64,000 bases of DNA from Eubacteriales bacterium (lineage in GTDB: Bacteria; Bacillota; Clostridia; Christensenellales; JAWKQI01): positions 68,302 through 132,301 of the forward strand of contig JAWKQI010000002.1 in assembly GCA_041390245.1 (NCBI GenBank), read 5' to 3'. Positions 26,976 to 38,933 of this stretch are shown here, in pieces; within the stretch, counting starts at the first letter, position 1, and each line of letters begins with the position of its first letter. A program made the position numbers and the translations under genes. The notes under the pieces are model-generated. The model saw nothing but the letters and a program-made list of their open reading frames with translations, was not told the DNA's origin and did no database searches.

Positions 26976-27854
26976 ATGATTATTAAAAATATATTCAGCA
27001 AACACATACCGGAGACTATCTTGCTATTTACGATATTTTTATCGTTTCTACTGTTTTTTAGCGGCCAATCCTCCCCTGCCGGCTCTATCACAAGTGCAGA
27101 CGGGCCTCTTAAACTCCCTATCATTATGTATCATGAGATCAAAACTTATAAGCTGGGTAAGGATGTAATAAGCCCGTATGAATTCGAAAGCGACCTTAAG
27201 TATTTAAAGGACAACGGCTATAATACGATAACGATGTCCCAGTTGATAGATTATGTATATTACGGTGCCGCGTTGCCTGAAAAACCCGTAATATTGTCCT
27301 TTGACGACGGTTATTTAAATACGTATAACTATGCCTATCCCCTTTTAAAGAAATATGACATGGAGGTAGTGCTATCCATTATTGGTAAAAATACCGATGA
27401 TTTTACAAAAATCCCAGATAGTAATCCAGATTATTCACACGCAACCTGGGCCCAGTTATACGACATGTTTTACTCAGGATGTGCTGAAATACAAAACCAT
27501 ACCTATAATATGCACTCTATAACAAGTAAAAGAGTAGGATGCATGCAGGCTAACTCCGAATCACTTGAAGAATATGAAAAAGTATTGACAGACGATATCT
27601 TAAAACTGCAAAACGAGGTGTTCAGCATAACTGGCATGCTCCCGAATACTTTTGCATACCCTTACGGCGGATATAACGACAACACAGATGCAATTTTAAA
27701 AAAAATAGGATTTAAAGCAACTTTGACATGTGATTATGGAATTAATCTAATAACGCACGACCCTGAAATCTTGTTTGACCTAAAAAGGATCTGCCGTTCA
27801 CATGGGGACACTATAGAAAATATCTTAAAAGAAGCGCTGAAAACTATAAGATAA
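26976..27854 (+). CDS. Polysaccharide deacetylase (NodB homology domain) with an N-terminal membrane anchor
   Basis: 292-aa ORF with a TM segment, the NodB motif VILSFDDGY, and NHTYNMH. Confidence 0.85.
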   Translation: MIIKNIFSKHIPETILLFTIFLSFLLFFSGQSSPAGSITSADGPLKLPIIMYHEIKTYKLGKDVISPYEFESDLKYLKDNGYNTITMSQLIDYVYYGAALPEKPVILSFDDGYLNTYNYAYPLLKKYDMEVVLSIIGKNTDDFTKIPDSNPDYSHATWAQLYDMFYSGCAEIQNHTYNMHSITSKRVGCMQANSESLEEYEKVLTDDILKLQNEVFSITGMLPNTFAYPYGGYNDNTDAILKKIGFKATLTCDYGINLITHDPEILFDLKRICRSHGDTIENILKEALKTIR

Positions 27855-27879
27855 CCCTTTAAAAATTTTTCCAATAAAA

Positions 27880-27903
27880 ATGCCGCTAAATTTAAAGCGG
27901 CAT
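27880..27903. terminator. Hairpin between the convergent deacetylase and cinA genes
   Basis: ATGCCGCT-aaatttaa-AGCGGCAT. The flanks are only weakly T-rich. Confidence 0.45.
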
Positions 27904-27917
27904 CTGATATTTTTAAT

Positions 27918-29167
27918 TTACGCTTTTTTAGCGGCTTTTAAAGCCAGATTGAGCGCATGTGAAGCAGAAACGTATCTTATGTATTCCCTTTCGTTTTCAA
28001 GCCCGCGGTAAAGAGTCAGTTCAATTACGTCCGAATAGTTTTACTGGAAACCGCCACATATACAAGCCCAACCGGCTTGTCGCTGTCCCCGCTTTCCGGC
28101 CCTGCGATACCTGAAACCCCCAGACCTATATCCGCATTAGCTATCTTGCGTATGCATTGTGCCATTTCAACAGCGGTATTATATGAAACTGCCCCGAATT
28201 TATCTATGGTATCCTTATTTACACCAAGAATATTAACTTTAGCGTCATTAGAATAAGTACATATGCCCAGTTCAAAAACTTTGGAACTCCCCGGTATCTC
28301 TGTAATACGCTTGGATATAAGCCCTCCCGTACAGCTTTCGGCAGTTGCAACCTTTAAATTCTTTTCGGATAAGGCCTTAACAAGTGCGTTCTGAAGGCTA
28401 TAAGCGTCTATGCCATAAATGTTTTCTGCACCTATTATATTAGTTATATCTTTTATATAGGGGTCTATGATTTCATTGGCTTCTTTTTCTGTATCAGCAC
28501 ATGCAGTTAATCTAAGCAGCATCTCGCCTTCTTTAGCATATGGCGCTACTGTAGGATTTTTCAAATCCAGTATTAACGGCCTTAGCATATTTTCAACCAT
28601 TGCCTCGCCTAAGCCAAATATATTTATGTTCTTTGATACAAACGTTTTTCCTGATTTTTTCTCTAAGTATGGTAAAACCAAATTATCAAACATCGGCTTC
28701 ATTTCCCTTGGCGGGCCTGGCAGTAAAATTGCAGTTTTTCCGTTCTCTTCTAAGATTATCCCGGGTGCTGTGCCATAATCATTTTTTAAGACTATAGCCC
28801 CCTCAGGTATCATTGCCTGTTTTTTGTTGTTTTCAGAAACCGGCCTGTGTATGCTTTTAAATAAATGCTCTATCCTGTCCAGTGATTCTTTATCTAAATA
28901 CATGCTTTTATTAAAATAATCTGCAACCGTTTCTTTTGTCAGATCATCATATGTAGGTCCAAGGCCGCCGGTAGTTATAAGTATATCCGCATTTTCAAAT
29001 GCATCTTTAACGCTTGATATAAGCCTGTCATGGTTGTCCCCTACTACGGATTGATGGTATAAGTTTATGCCAATTCTGGCCAGCTCTTTTGCTATGTAGC
29101 TTGCGTTGGTGTTGACTATATCGCCAAGAAGCAGTTCAGTACCAACGCATAATATTTCTGCTGTCAT
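27918..29167 (-). pseudogene. cinA: CinA-family competence/damage-inducible protein (MoCF-binding domain plus PncC-type NMN amidohydrolase), with a single frameshift near the 3' end
   Basis: ORF 28025..29167 reads MTAEILCVGTELLLG..., ...TTGGLGPT..., ...ATAESCTGGL... and ends VYVAVSSKTIRT-stop. The conserved tail NYSDVIELTLYRGLENEREYIRYVSASHALNLALKAAKKA-stop (stop at 27918) continues in another frame. The break is at the T4 run 28039..28042 (A4 on the coding strand). Confidence 0.85.
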
Positions 29168-29187
29168 TAAATTATTCCCTTCTTAAA

Positions 29188-30207
29188 TTAATGTTTGCTT
29201 TTTCTTTGGTTTTTATAATTAGACATATTGTCCTGCATCCATTTTACAGTATCTTTTAAAGTATTTACTATCGGGCGTGGCTTAAACCCAAGTTCTTTTC
29301 TCGCTTTGGCATTTGAAAAATTGCAGTTTGATTTAAGCGTAGATATCGAATACGAAGTAAAGAGCGGCTGGCGGCGTGCTATTTTATAATATAGCTCGGC
29401 AAACGGCCCCGTCATCTTTGCAAACGCATACGCAAGCTTGAATTTAGGCGCCTTCACGCCGGTTATGTCTTCAAGATAGTCAAGCAGCATTTTCACGGTG
29501 ACTTTTTCTCCGGACAGGATATAGCACTCCCCTGCTCTTCCGTTTTTTTCTGCTAAAACAATGCCCTTAGCAACGTCCCTCACGTCTATGAAATTATATG
29601 CCCCATCTATATAGGCATACAGTTTTTGTGCCATAAAGTCCAAAATAAGCTGCCCTATATTAGAGAGCTTGAAGTCATAAGGTCCTATAACGCCGGAAGG
29701 ATGGACAACAACGGCATCGAGGCCTTTTTCAACGCCTTTTAATACAATGCAAGTTGCCATTGCTTTTGTCTTGGCATATGTGCCTTTTACTTTATCCGGC
29801 TCAAATTCTTTAGTTTCCATAATCGTCATGTTATTTTTCAGTTCGCGTATAGCGTGTACAGAGCTTGCGTAGACAAGTTTTTTGACATTTTGTTCAAGGC
29901 AGACGTCTACGATATTCCTGGTACCTTCAACGTTGACTGAATACATGAGTTTTTTCTTACCGGAGCCTATCCCGATTATGCCGGCAAGGTGAAAAACAGT
30001 ATCCACACCTTTCATTGCGGTACGGACATCATCTATATTCCTTACATCTCCATAATAAATTTCAACACCCAGTTTTTCAATCAAAGTGCTGTCATCGTTT
30101 TTTAATATCAATACACGAATATTATAGCCGTTTTTTAAAAGCTCTTTTAAAAGTGCGCTTCCGATATGTCCTGTTGCACCTGTTACTAAACACAACATAT
30201 TAAACAC
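29188..30207 (-). CDS. NAD-dependent epimerase/dehydratase family protein (extended SDR, dihydroflavonol-reductase-like)
   Basis: 339-aa ORF with VTGATGHIGSAL and YAKTK (YxxxK). Confidence 0.82.
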   Translation of the reverse strand: MFNMLCLVTGATGHIGSALLKELLKNGYNIRVLILKNDDSTLIEKLGVEIYYGDVRNIDDVRTAMKGVDTVFHLAGIIGIGSGKKKLMYSVNVEGTRNIVDVCLEQNVKKLVYASSVHAIRELKNNMTIMETKEFEPDKVKGTYAKTKAMATCIVLKGVEKGLDAVVVHPSGVIGPYDFKLSNIGQLILDFMAQKLYAYIDGAYNFIDVRDVAKGIVLAEKNGRAGECYILSGEKVTVKMLLDYLEDITGVKAPKFKLAYAFAKMTGPFAELYYKIARRQPLFTSYSISTLKSNCNFSNAKARKELGFKPRPIVNTLKDTVKWMQDNMSNYKNQRKSKH

Positions 30208-30291
30208 CTCTTTAAATTATAATCTTTCTCAATATATATTATAGCCTTATGTGTAAGATATTTATCAAAGTTTTTATGTATAAAAGATAAA

Positions 30292-31161
30292 TTATTTATT
30301 AACCTTTTTTTGTTCGATATCAAATGGCCAAACGGCATCTTTGGGCAGCGGTTTTGTTAGATACATCCTATTTAACACGAACTCCAAAACGCTGTTTGGC
30401 AAGATAGCCTTTAAAAATACCAGTAGTTTATATTCAAAACAAACAGTATACACGGCGCGCGGATTTCTCTTCTTTATGATTTTTATAATAGTATTAGAAA
30501 CTGTCTCCGGGGGTTTACCGTTAAGTTCATCTCTAACCATAGAATAAATAGCTCTTTCAGCTTCGGTTTTGTAAGCTGACGTATATATATTTTTTATAAA
30601 TTTCCTGGATTTTGTAAATCCTGTTTTAGTATCTCCCGGCTGTATTATCGAGCACTTTATTCCAAAAGATTTAACTTCCAGCCTTAAGGACTGGGTAACA
30701 GACGTCAAAGCGGCCTTTGAAGCACTGTAAATGGATTGGTATGGTATCGCGATATCCCCCGCTACCGAGCCGGTATTTACTATAAGCCCTTTCCCATTTT
30801 CCCTCATATATGGCAGTACAGCGCGGATGACGTTTAAAGTGCCGAAAAAGTTGGTTTGCATTTGATATGAAATTTCATTTAAAGTCATATCTTCAAGCGC
30901 ACCCGCTATGCCATTTCCAGCGCAATTAATTAAAATACTTATATGCCCATGTTCAGATATTATGCTATCAACGGCCGAAGAGATACTTTCTTCATCGTTA
31001 ATATCCATCTTTAGCATTTTTATACCCTCATTGTTTAAAGAAGGATTCCTAGATGTTCCGTATACTATAAATCCAAGTTCCAAAAGCTTTTTAGCCGTAG
31101 CTTTGCCTATCCCAGAAGATGCACCAGTAACTAACACAACATCGCCGTAACAGTTTTTCAT
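30292..31161 (-). CDS. Classical short-chain dehydrogenase/reductase
   Basis: 289-aa ORF with VTGASSGIGKAT, NCAG and YSASKAAL. Confidence 0.85.
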   Translation of the reverse strand: MKNCYGDVVLVTGASSGIGKATAKKLLELGFIVYGTSRNPSLNNEGIKMLKMDINDEESISSAVDSIISEHGHISILINCAGNGIAGALEDMTLNEISYQMQTNFFGTLNVIRAVLPYMRENGKGLIVNTGSVAGDIAIPYQSIYSASKAALTSVTQSLRLEVKSFGIKCSIIQPGDTKTGFTKSRKFIKNIYTSAYKTEAERAIYSMVRDELNGKPPETVSNTIIKIIKKRNPRAVYTVCFEYKLLVFLKAILPNSVLEFVLNRMYLTKPLPKDAVWPFDIEQKKVNK

Positions 31162-31254
31162 ATTTTTGACCCCAATGCTTTTACGTTTTTAAGATATTAT
31201 AATTATACATTTGTGTATATAATAAAACAATGCATTTAAATCCTTTTATTAAAT

Positions 31255-31284
31255 AAAAAAGCAGAGGATTTCCTCTGCTTTTTT
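31255..31284. terminator. Bidirectional intrinsic terminator
   Basis: AAAAAA-GCAGAGG-attt-CCTCTGC-TTTTTT, directly downstream of the 31296..31661 gene on the minus strand. Confidence 0.75.
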
Positions 31285-31295
31285 ATTTAATAAAT

Positions 31296-31661
31296 TTACT
31301 TAAGTATTTTGATGCTCCCGACAAGCGGTAAAGCTTTTCCTGTACCTTGCGCTGCATTAATGATACCTATGATTTCAAGTACTACAATCCCTATCCAAAC
31401 GATATAGGATAAAATACTGACAACTGTAACTAGCCCTAGCGACAATGTAGCCCACGCAATATTATAAAGTATTGCAAATAAAATAACTGCTGCAACTCCA
31501 ATGATTGCAACTATCAGCCCTTGATTAGCATGGAACCTTGCAAATTTAGAATTTGGCGCCGCTAAAATAGGTACTAAAACTAGTATACCTAAATAAGACA
31601 GAACAGCCATGACCTTATTTTGCTCAATATCCGAAGCTTCGAATCTTTCTTGTTCGCTCAT
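31296..31661 (-). CDS. Small integral membrane protein (DUF4870-like)
   Basis: 121-aa ORF with three or four predicted TM helices and the motif FARFHANQGL. Confidence 0.65.
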   Translation of the reverse strand: MSEQERFEASDIEQNKVMAVLSYLGILVLVPILAAPNSKFARFHANQGLIVAIIGVAAVILFAILYNIAWATLSLGLVTVVSILSYIVWIGIVVLEIIGIINAAQGTGKALPLVGSIKILK

Positions 31662-31708
31662 ATTAGTTCCCCTTTCTATGTTTGATTTATCTTTATAAGA
31701 TAAATTTA

Positions 31709-32962
31709 TTACTTTATGCCTATATCATGCCTATAGTGCATATTTTCAAAGTGAATCTTTAATATGTTTTTGTAAGCTTTTTCTCTGGCTGATTTAATAT
31801 TTGAATCTTTTGCAACTACACCTAAAACCCTTCCGCCTGAAGTTAATATTTTATCGCCTTTTTTAACTGTACCTGCATGATATATAATTATATCATCATC
31901 TACTTCATTTAGTCCAGATATTATCTTATTTTTTTTGTAAGAGACTGGATACCCGCCTGATGCAAGCACAACGCATACACAACATTTATTCTCCCACTCT
32001 ATATTTATATCTTTTAAATTGCCATCTATTATTGAATCGACAATAGTAAGTAAACTGGTCTTTAAAAGCGGAAGTATGACCTGGGTCTCCGGGTCTCCAA
32101 AGCGTGCATTATATTCAAGCACGCGCGGCCCGTCTTTAGTGAGTATTAAACCGAAGTAAAGCACGCCTTTAAACTCTCTGCCTTCTTCCCTCATCGCATC
32201 TACAGTACGCTGCATTATATTTTGTTCGAAAAAATCTTTGATTTTTTTAGTGTACTTAGGAGATGGTGCAAAAGTGCCCATGCCGCCTGTATTTGGCCCG
32301 CGATCATAATCGTAAATTCTTTTATGGTCCTGTGCGCTTATCATAGGTACAACTGTCTTCCCATCGCAGAATGTGAGGATAGAGACTTCCGGCCCCGTTA
32401 AAAACTCTTCAACAACGACCCTTTCCCCTGCTGCTCCGAATACCTTTTTTTGCATCATGTCGTTAATGGCATTAACCGCCTCTTTAACCGTTTTGCAAAT
32501 TACTACGCCCTTACCCAGCGCCAGCCCGTCTGCTTTGATTACAAGCGGCATTTTAGACGTTTTAACATAATCTAAAGCCAACTTATAGTCATCAAATACC
32601 TCATACGCCGCAGTTGGTATGCCGTATTTCTTCATAAGGTCCTTTGAAAAGGCTTTGCTGGCTTCTATTATTGCAGCTTCCTTTGTAGGCCCGAACGCTC
32701 GTATGCCCTTTTCATTAAGCCTGTTTACGAGCCCTAGAGAAAGAGGGTCGTCGGGCGCTACGAATACTAAATCGAAATTCTCTTTTACTGAATAGTCTGT
32801 AATTGCATCTATGTCCGTTGCTTTTATATCTACGCACTTGGCAACTTTGGCTATCCCGCCGTTTCCCGGTGCACAGTATATCTCGCTTACTCTTTCATCT
32901 TCAAGTAATTTTAAAATTATGGCATGTTCTCTACCGCCGCCACCGATAACAAATATCTTCAT
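31709..32962 (-). CDS. purD: Phosphoribosylamine-glycine ligase
   Basis: 417-aa ORF that begins MKIFVIGGGGREHAI, has an ATP-grasp core, and contains GGMG..P. It is the last gene of the pur operon. Confidence 0.93.
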   Translation of the reverse strand: MKIFVIGGGGREHAIILKLLEDERVSEIYCAPGNGGIAKVAKCVDIKATDIDAITDYSVKENFDLVFVAPDDPLSLGLVNRLNEKGIRAFGPTKEAAIIEASKAFSKDLMKKYGIPTAAYEVFDDYKLALDYVKTSKMPLVIKADGLALGKGVVICKTVKEAVNAINDMMQKKVFGAAGERVVVEEFLTGPEVSILTFCDGKTVVPMISAQDHKRIYDYDRGPNTGGMGTFAPSPKYTKKIKDFFEQNIMQRTVDAMREEGREFKGVLYFGLILTKDGPRVLEYNARFGDPETQVILPLLKTSLLTIVDSIIDGNLKDINIEWENKCCVCVVLASGGYPVSYKKNKIISGLNEVDDDIIIYHAGTVKKGDKILTSGGRVLGVVAKDSNIKSAREKAYKNILKIHFENMHYRHDIGIK

Positions 32963-32975
32963 AGTTTCTCTCCAA

Positions 32976-34535
32976 TTAATGTTTAAAGTGCCTCATACCT
33001 GTAAATATCATTGCGATACCGTTTTCATCGCATGCTTTTATAGAATCTGCATCTCTTATAGACCCGCCCGGCTGTATAATTGCGGTTACACCCGCTGCCG
33101 CTGCTTCCTTAACACAGTCGTCGAACGGGAAATAAGCATCCGATGCTAAAACAGCACCTTTAATTTTATCTTTATTGCTACGTTCAATTGCCGCATCAGT
33201 CGCCCATATTCTGGATACCTGCCCCGGACCGATGCCCAGCGTGGTCATATCTTTTGCAACCAATATGGCATTTGATTTTACGTGTTTTACTATTTTCCAT
33301 GCACACATCAAATCTTTTAATTCTTCTTCGCTTGGGCCTCTCTTAGTTACTACCTGTATCTGACCGCTGCAAAGCTCCCTGTCTGCATCTTGGAGCAATA
33401 GCCCTCCCATAACCTTTTTAAAATCCATTTCCAAATCCAAAGTCTTTATGTTTCTTTGTTCTAAGCTTATGCCTTTAAGCTCTAAAACACGAAGGTTTTT
33501 CTTTTGGCTTAAAATTTCAAGTGCTTCTTTCGTATATGAAGGGGCAACTATTATCTCCAGAAAGATCTTGGCCATTTCAGCCGCTGCCTTAGCATCTATC
33601 TCAGTATTTGTGGCTATTATTCCTCCGTAAATGGATACCGGGTCACTTTCATAAGCCTTCATGTAAGCATCATAGATATTTCCTGCACATGCTACGCCGC
33701 AAGGGTTGGCATGCTTAACTGCAACTACTGCAAGCTTGTCAAATTCCCTTAACAGCTCTAAAGCACCGTTCGTGTCGTTTATATTGTTAAAAGAAAGCTC
33801 TTTTCCATTCAATTGTTTTGCATCGACTAAAGAATACCCAGTTGTTATCGGGTCTTTGAAAAATGCTGCACGCTGATGTGGGTTTTCGCCATATCTTAGA
33901 TCATATATTTTTTCGAAAGTAAGCGTCAATTTTTGGGGGAACTCACTTATATCGGCTTTTTTACGCATATAGTCTGCTATAAGCGCGTCATAAGCCGCAG
34001 TGTGCTCAAAGACTTTTGCCGACAGCTTGAATTTCAAGTTCGAAGTAACATCCCCTTTGTTTTTGATTTCATCTAAAACCCTGCCGTAATCTTCTGCGTC
34101 AACAATAACGGTTACGTCCTGCCAGTTTTTCGCCGCAGCCCTTAGCATAGAGGGGCCGCCTATATCTATATTTTCTATTGCTTCTTCAAGGGAGACATTT
34201 GGTTTTTTGATGGTCTGCTTAAATGGGTATAGGTTTACAACTACGATGTCTATGGTGTTTATATCAAGCTCTTTTAACTGTTTCATATGTTCTTCGTTTG
34301 AGCGTATCGCCAAAATACCTGCATGGACTTTTGGATGAAGCGTCTTTACCCTGCCGTCTAAACATTCAGGAAACCCTGTTATTTGAGAAACGTTTATTAC
34401 TTTAACGCCATTTTCCTCTAATGTTTTCTGCGTTCCTCCCGTTGAGACGATTTCATAACCAAAGCCTATTAGACCTTTTGCAAACTCAACGATATTAGTT
34501 TTGTCTGATACACTTATAAAAGCACGTTTATTCAA
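32976..34535 (-). CDS. purH: Bifunctional AICAR transformylase / IMP cyclohydrolase
   Basis: 519-aa ORF with the N-terminal MGS-like region (ALISVSDKT-type: [25 protein letters not shown]) and the C-terminal AICARFT region ([15 protein letters not shown]). Confidence 0.95.
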   Translation of the reverse strand: MNKRAFISVSDKTNIVEFAKGLIGFGYEIVSTGGTQKTLEENGVKVINVSQITGFPECLDGRVKTLHPKVHAGILAIRSNEEHMKQLKELDINTIDIVVVNLYPFKQTIKKPNVSLEEAIENIDIGGPSMLRAAAKNWQDVTVIVDAEDYGRVLDEIKNKGDVTSNLKFKLSAKVFEHTAAYDALIADYMRKKADISEFPQKLTLTFEKIYDLRYGENPHQRAAFFKDPITTGYSLVDAKQLNGKELSFNNINDTNGALELLREFDKLAVVAVKHANPCGVACAGNIYDAYMKAYESDPVSIYGGIIATNTEIDAKAAAEMAKIFLEIIVAPSYTKEALEILSQKKNLRVLELKGISLEQRNIKTLDLEMDFKKVMGGLLLQDADRELCSGQIQVVTKRGPSEEELKDLMCAWKIVKHVKSNAILVAKDMTTLGIGPGQVSRIWATDAAIERSNKDKIKGAVLASDAYFPFDDCVKEAAAAGVTAIIQPGGSIRDADSIKACDENGIAMIFTGMRHFKH

Positions 34536-34539
34536 TTTA

Positions 34540-35181
34540 TTACACCTCTTTCAAAGAATTTTTGATAGTTACGTTCCGCCCATCTACAAGCAGTCTGTCG
34601 TCTACTAATAAAGACACGGCTTTTGGAAGCAGCCTGTGCTCTAATTTCATGACGCGCTGCTGTAAAATTTCGGGAGTGTCCCCCTGTAAAACCTCCGCAG
34701 CTGCCTGAAATACTATAGGTCCGGTGTCCATTCCTTCGTCTACAAAATGCACCGTAGCTCCCGTTACTTTAACGCCGTATGCTAATGCAGCCTCATGCAC
34801 TTTTATACCATAGTGACCTTTCCCACAAAAAGACGGGATTAAAGATGGATGGACATTTAATATTTTATTTTTATATTTAGATACGACCTGTTTGCTTAAA
34901 ATTGATAAAAACCCGGCCAGAACTATATATTCCGCGCCAAATTCATTTAATGTATTTAGCAGTTTAGTATCATAATCTTGTTCTGATAAAAACTCTTTTT
35001 TGTCTATGACTATGCTCTTTATGCCGTTGTCCTTTGCCCTCTCAAGAGAATACACACCGCTTTTTGATGATATGACACAGCATATTCTTGCATTTATTTC
35101 GCCTCTTTTAATAGCATCTATTAATGCCTGTAGGTTGGTACCGCCACCTGAGACCATAACGGCAATGTTCTTTATTCGCAA
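34540..35181 (-). CDS. purN: Phosphoribosylglycinamide formyltransferase
   Basis: 213-aa ORF with [20 protein letters not shown] and the catalytic region [12 protein letters not shown]. Confidence 0.92.
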   Translation of the reverse strand: MRIKNIAVMVSGGGTNLQALIDAIKRGEINARICCVISSKSGVYSLERAKDNGIKSIVIDKKEFLSEQDYDTKLLNTLNEFGAEYIVLAGFLSILSKQVVSKYKNKILNVHPSLIPSFCGKGHYGIKVHEAALAYGVKVTGATVHFVDEGMDTGPIVFQAAAEVLQGDTPEILQQRVMKLEHRLLPKAVSLLVDDRLLVDGRNVTIKNSLKEV

Positions 35182-36185
35182 AACGAAATACCCTCCTTAT
35201 CAGTCACAGAGCCTATCTTATAGGCTTTTTCCCCAAGGAGGCCTGCCTCCGAAATTATCTCTTGCACTACGGACTCATCTACCGCCAATACCATGCCTAT
35301 ACCCATATTGAAGGTATTAAATGCCTGTTCGCGCGTTAGTTCGGCTTTTTTAACCAGATAGTCTATTATCGGGGGTGCTACCCACGAGCCGGTATCGATT
35401 TTAATGCCAGTTCCTTTCGGCAGCATTCTTGGTATGTTCTCTATAAAGCCGCCGCCCGTAATATGTGATATGCCTTTTATATTAAATTTCTTGTTTAATT
35501 CAAGTATAGTCTTTACATATATCTTTGTCGGTCTCAAAAGCGCTTCTCCAATAGTCTCATTTGACTTTGGAAGTTTTTCGTCTAGCGCCTCTCTTTTCAT
35601 AGGGACCAGTTTCCTGACGAGCGAATACCCGTTTGAATGTACTCCGGAAGAAGCAAAGCCTATAAGTGCATCGCCGCTTTTTATACTTAAGCCGTCTATA
35701 ATTTTGTCAATGTCCACTTTGCCTACACAAAAACCTGCTATATCATATTCGCCGGCAGAATAAAAATCCGGCATTTCAGCTGTTTCCCCGCCGATAAGTG
35801 CACAACCTGCCATGACGCATCCGTCTGATACGCCTTTTACAATCTGCGCGATGTTTTCAGGCAACAGTTTCCCCGTTGCTATATAGTCTAAAAATAAAAG
35901 CGGCTTTGCCCCAGAACAAACTATATCATTTGCGCACATAGCGACGCAGTCTATACCTATCGTGTCGTGTTTGTCTAGTGTAAAAGCCAGCTTCAGCTTG
36001 GTGCCGACACCATCTGTCCCGGCTACCAAAGCAGTATTATCATCTAACTTATAAATACCTCCAAAGGAACCTATATCAGTTAAAACGTTGTTATCAAATG
36101 TCTTCTTAACATGTTCCTTCATCAGGGCAACGGCCTTGTAACCTGCATGCACGTCTACCCCTGAATCTTTATACGTAATCGCCAT
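35172..36185 (-). CDS. purM: Phosphoribosylformylglycinamidine cyclo-ligase (AIR synthetase)
   Basis: 337-aa ORF with [16 protein letters not shown] and GGETAEMP. Confidence 0.94.
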   Translation of the reverse strand: MAITYKDSGVDVHAGYKAVALMKEHVKKTFDNNVLTDIGSFGGIYKLDDNTALVAGTDGVGTKLKLAFTLDKHDTIGIDCVAMCANDIVCSGAKPLLFLDYIATGKLLPENIAQIVKGVSDGCVMAGCALIGGETAEMPDFYSAGEYDIAGFCVGKVDIDKIIDGLSIKSGDALIGFASSGVHSNGYSLVRKLVPMKREALDEKLPKSNETIGEALLRPTKIYVKTILELNKKFNIKGISHITGGGFIENIPRMLPKGTGIKIDTGSWVAPPIIDYLVKKAELTREQAFNTFNMGIGMVLAVDESVVQEIISEAGLLGEKAYKIGSVTDKEGISFCE

Positions 36186-36199
36186 TTTTTAGCTCCTAA

Positions 36200-37660
36200 T
36201 CATTTTTCTAGTGCAAATTTATCCTCTCTGAATTTGCAGTCTTCCACGTCTATCGGATAATTGCCGTTAAAACAGCCGACGCAAAGGTTTAGTGAGGATC
36301 CTTCTACCGATTTAAGCAAGTCTTCAATGCTTAGGTAGTAAAGCGAATCTGCCCCTATTATCTTTCTTATTTCCCTAACGTCATGCTGCGCGCCTATTAA
36401 TTGATCACAATAAGATGTATCTATGCCAAAATAACATGGGAATTTTATCGGAGGAGAACTTATGCGCATATGAACTTCTTTTGCTCCTGCCAGCCGGAGC
36501 ATCTGAACTATCTTTTTGCTTGTAGTTCCGCGGACTATAGAATCGTCTATTAAAACGACTCTTTTGCCACGCACGTTCTTTTTAAGTACGTTTAATTTTA
36601 TTTTAACGCTTCTCTCGCGCAAAAACTGTTCCGGCTGAATAAAAGTCCTTCCTACATACCTGTTTTTCGCAAACACATCTTTATACGGTATCCCAGACTG
36701 TTTTGCATATCCAAGCGCCGCAGTTGTTGCAGAGTCCGGAACACCGGCGACGACATCCGCTTCTACCGGATAAGCAGCCGCCAAAAGTGCGCCCGCGTTT
36801 TCCCTTGCCTGGTATACATTGATACCGTCTATGTCGGAATCCGGGCGTGCAAAGTAGACATATTCAAATATGCAAAGCGCAGAATCCAGCCTTGCTGCCA
36901 TCATCTTAGAATGAAGCCCGGTTTTGTCTATTACGACCATCTCACCAGGGTGTATATCCCTTATGAACTCCGCGTCTATAGAATCAAATGCGCAGGATTC
37001 AGATGCGATCATATAGCTGTTATCCATCTTTCCCAAGCAAAGCGGACGTATGCCAAGAGGGTCCCTTACGCCTATAAGCTTGTCCTCAGTCATAATGACA
37101 AGCGCGTAGGAACCACGGATTTTTTCCATAGTTTTCTCTATTGCATTTATAATTCCGTTGCTGCTGTTTCTGGCGATGATACTTGCTATTATCTCTGTGT
37201 CCATTGTCGTTTGGAAAATGGCTCCGTCTTTTTCCAGTTCGCTTCTTAAATTAGCCGCGTTTACAAGATTACCGTTATGTGCCAGCGCCAGGCTCCCGTC
37301 GCGAAAACCTATTACCAGCGGCTGAGCGTTTAAAATACTGCTTTTTCCGCACGTAGAGTACCTGACATGCCCGATTGCAATGTCCGCACCGTTAAGCCCA
37401 TGCAGGTCGCCCCTGAAAACCTCGTTTACAAGCCCCATGTTTTTATAATGGGAAATAGGCTGCCCCGCTTTAGTAACGGCTATTCCCGCGCTTTCCTGGC
37501 CTCTGTGCTGCAAAGCATATAATCCAAAGTATGTAGCTTCTGCCGGGTCCATACAATCGTCTGCCTTAAAAACGCCAAATACCCCGCATTCTTCATTCAT
37601 ACTGTCAAACGCTGGTTTAATCCTCTCATAACACAATGATGAATTTTTACAACGTTTCAT
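36200..37660 (-). CDS. purF: Amidophosphoribosyltransferase
   Basis: 486-aa ORF with a propeptide before the nucleophile Cys (NEECGVFGV), the PRTase loop VVLIDDSIVRGTT, and C-terminal Fe-S cysteines. An alternative start is the ATG at 37600. Confidence 0.93.
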   Translation of the reverse strand: MKRCKNSSLCYERIKPAFDSMNEECGVFGVFKADDCMDPAEATYFGLYALQHRGQESAGIAVTKAGQPISHYKNMGLVNEVFRGDLHGLNGADIAIGHVRYSTCGKSSILNAQPLVIGFRDGSLALAHNGNLVNAANLRSELEKDGAIFQTTMDTEIIASIIARNSSNGIINAIEKTMEKIRGSYALVIMTEDKLIGVRDPLGIRPLCLGKMDNSYMIASESCAFDSIDAEFIRDIHPGEMVVIDKTGLHSKMMAARLDSALCIFEYVYFARPDSDIDGINVYQARENAGALLAAAYPVEADVVAGVPDSATTAALGYAKQSGIPYKDVFAKNRYVGRTFIQPEQFLRERSVKIKLNVLKKNVRGKRVVLIDDSIVRGTTSKKIVQMLRLAGAKEVHMRISSPPIKFPCYFGIDTSYCDQLIGAQHDVREIRKIIGADSLYYLSIEDLLKSVEGSSLNLCVGCFNGNYPIDVEDCKFREDKFALEK

Positions 37661-37665
37661 TTTAT

Positions 37666-38373
37666 TTATGCTCCCATTAACCTATGTAATATTTCCTGAT
37701 AAGCTTCTTCAACTTTTCCTAAATCACGCCTGAATCTGTCTTTATCCAGTTTTTCTCCCGTTTTTTTGTCCCAGAAACGGCATGTGTCCGGAGATATCTC
37801 ATCGGCTAAGATTATTTTTCCGTTATTTCTGCCAAATTCAAGTTTAAAATCTATAAGTTCTATTCCAAGGTCATCTAAATATTTACTTAATACTTCGTTT
37901 ACCTTAAGCGAATATTTAGCTATGGTATCCATCTCTTCTTTGGTCGCAATGCCCATTGCTGCTATATGGTAATCATTTATCATCGGGTCGCCGAGTTCGT
38001 CGCTTTTATAGCAGTACTCTAAAACAGTGCTCTTAAGTTTAGTTCCTTCCGGATATCCGATACGCTGGGCCAAGCTTCCGGCTGCGATATTTCTAACAAT
38101 GACTTCTACAGGGACTATTTCAACTTTTTTGACTAGCGTCTCCCTATCGGAAAGCTCCTCAACATAATGTGTAGGTATCCCATTTTTCTCAAGCAGTTTA
38201 AACAGATGGTTGGATACTTTGTTGTTTATAACTCCTTTGCCTACGATGGTGCCTTTTTTAACACCATTAAAGGCCGTTGCGTCGTCTTTATAGTCTACGA
38301 TAAAAAGCCCCTCATCGTCTGTTTTAAAAACTTTTTTTGCTTTACCTTCGTAAATTTGCTCCAGTTTTTTCAT
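37666..38373 (-). CDS. purC: Phosphoribosylaminoimidazole-succinocarboxamide synthase
   Basis: 235-aa ORF with LYEGKAK-type YEGKAKKVF, and LIDFKLEFG...[12 protein letters not shown]. Confidence 0.94.
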   Translation of the reverse strand: MKKLEQIYEGKAKKVFKTDDEGLFIVDYKDDATAFNGVKKGTIVGKGVINNKVSNHLFKLLEKNGIPTHYVEELSDRETLVKKVEIVPVEVIVRNIAAGSLAQRIGYPEGTKLKSTVLEYCYKSDELGDPMINDYHIAAMGIATKEEMDTIAKYSLKVNEVLSKYLDDLGIELIDFKLEFGRNNGKIILADEISPDTCRFWDKKTGEKLDKDRFRRDLGKVEEAYQEILHRLMGA

Positions 38374-38378
38374 ACCCC

Positions 38379-38864
38379 TTATATTACCTCCTGTATTTCT
38401 TTGTCCTGAATGTGAACTTTTTTAGCTAAATCTTTTTTATATTCTTTAAGCTTTGGAACAAGCTCAGTATACTTTAAAGACAATATCTGAAGTGCTAGAA
38501 CTCCGGCATTTTCTCCGCCGTTTATAGCAACTGTGGCAACGGGTATCCCCTCCGGCATCTGTACCGTTGATAAAAGCGAATCCAACCCGTCCATAGTTGA
38601 GGATTTTATAGGCAATCCAATTACCGGCAATGTAGTATATGCTGCCATAACGCCAGCTAAATGCGCTGCCTTGCCTGCCGCGGCTATTATAACTTCTATT
38701 CCGTTAGCATAAGCATTTTTGGAAAAATCATGCGCTTCATCAGGCGTCCTGTGTGCTGACATAACCTTTGCAATAACCTCAACACCAAACTCCTTTAAAA
38801 CATTTATCGTTTTTTCAAGCACAGGGAAATCACTTTTAGAACCCATGATTACAGCAACTTTCAT
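38379..38864 (-). CDS. purE: 5-(carboxyamino)imidazole ribonucleotide mutase
   Basis: 161-aa ORF with [24 protein letters not shown] and VIG.P. Confidence 0.94.
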   Translation of the reverse strand: MKVAVIMGSKSDFPVLEKTINVLKEFGVEVIAKVMSAHRTPDEAHDFSKNAYANGIEVIIAAAGKAAHLAGVMAAYTTLPVIGLPIKSSTMDGLDSLLSTVQMPEGIPVATVAINGGENAGVLALQILSLKYTELVPKLKEYKKDLAKKVHIQDKEIQEVI

Positions 38865-38904
38865 AACAAAATCTCCTTATCAAGCATTCTCTTTTTACAT
38901 ATTA

Positions 38905-38933
38905 AGTTTATTAAAGTTGATATTTATTGTCAA
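38905..38933 (-). promoter_or_regulatory. Candidate promoter of the pur operon
   Basis: On the minus strand: TTGACA (38933..38928), a 17-nt spacer, then TAAACT (38910..38905). It lies between the strong upstream terminator and the purE SD AAGGAG. Confidence 0.35.
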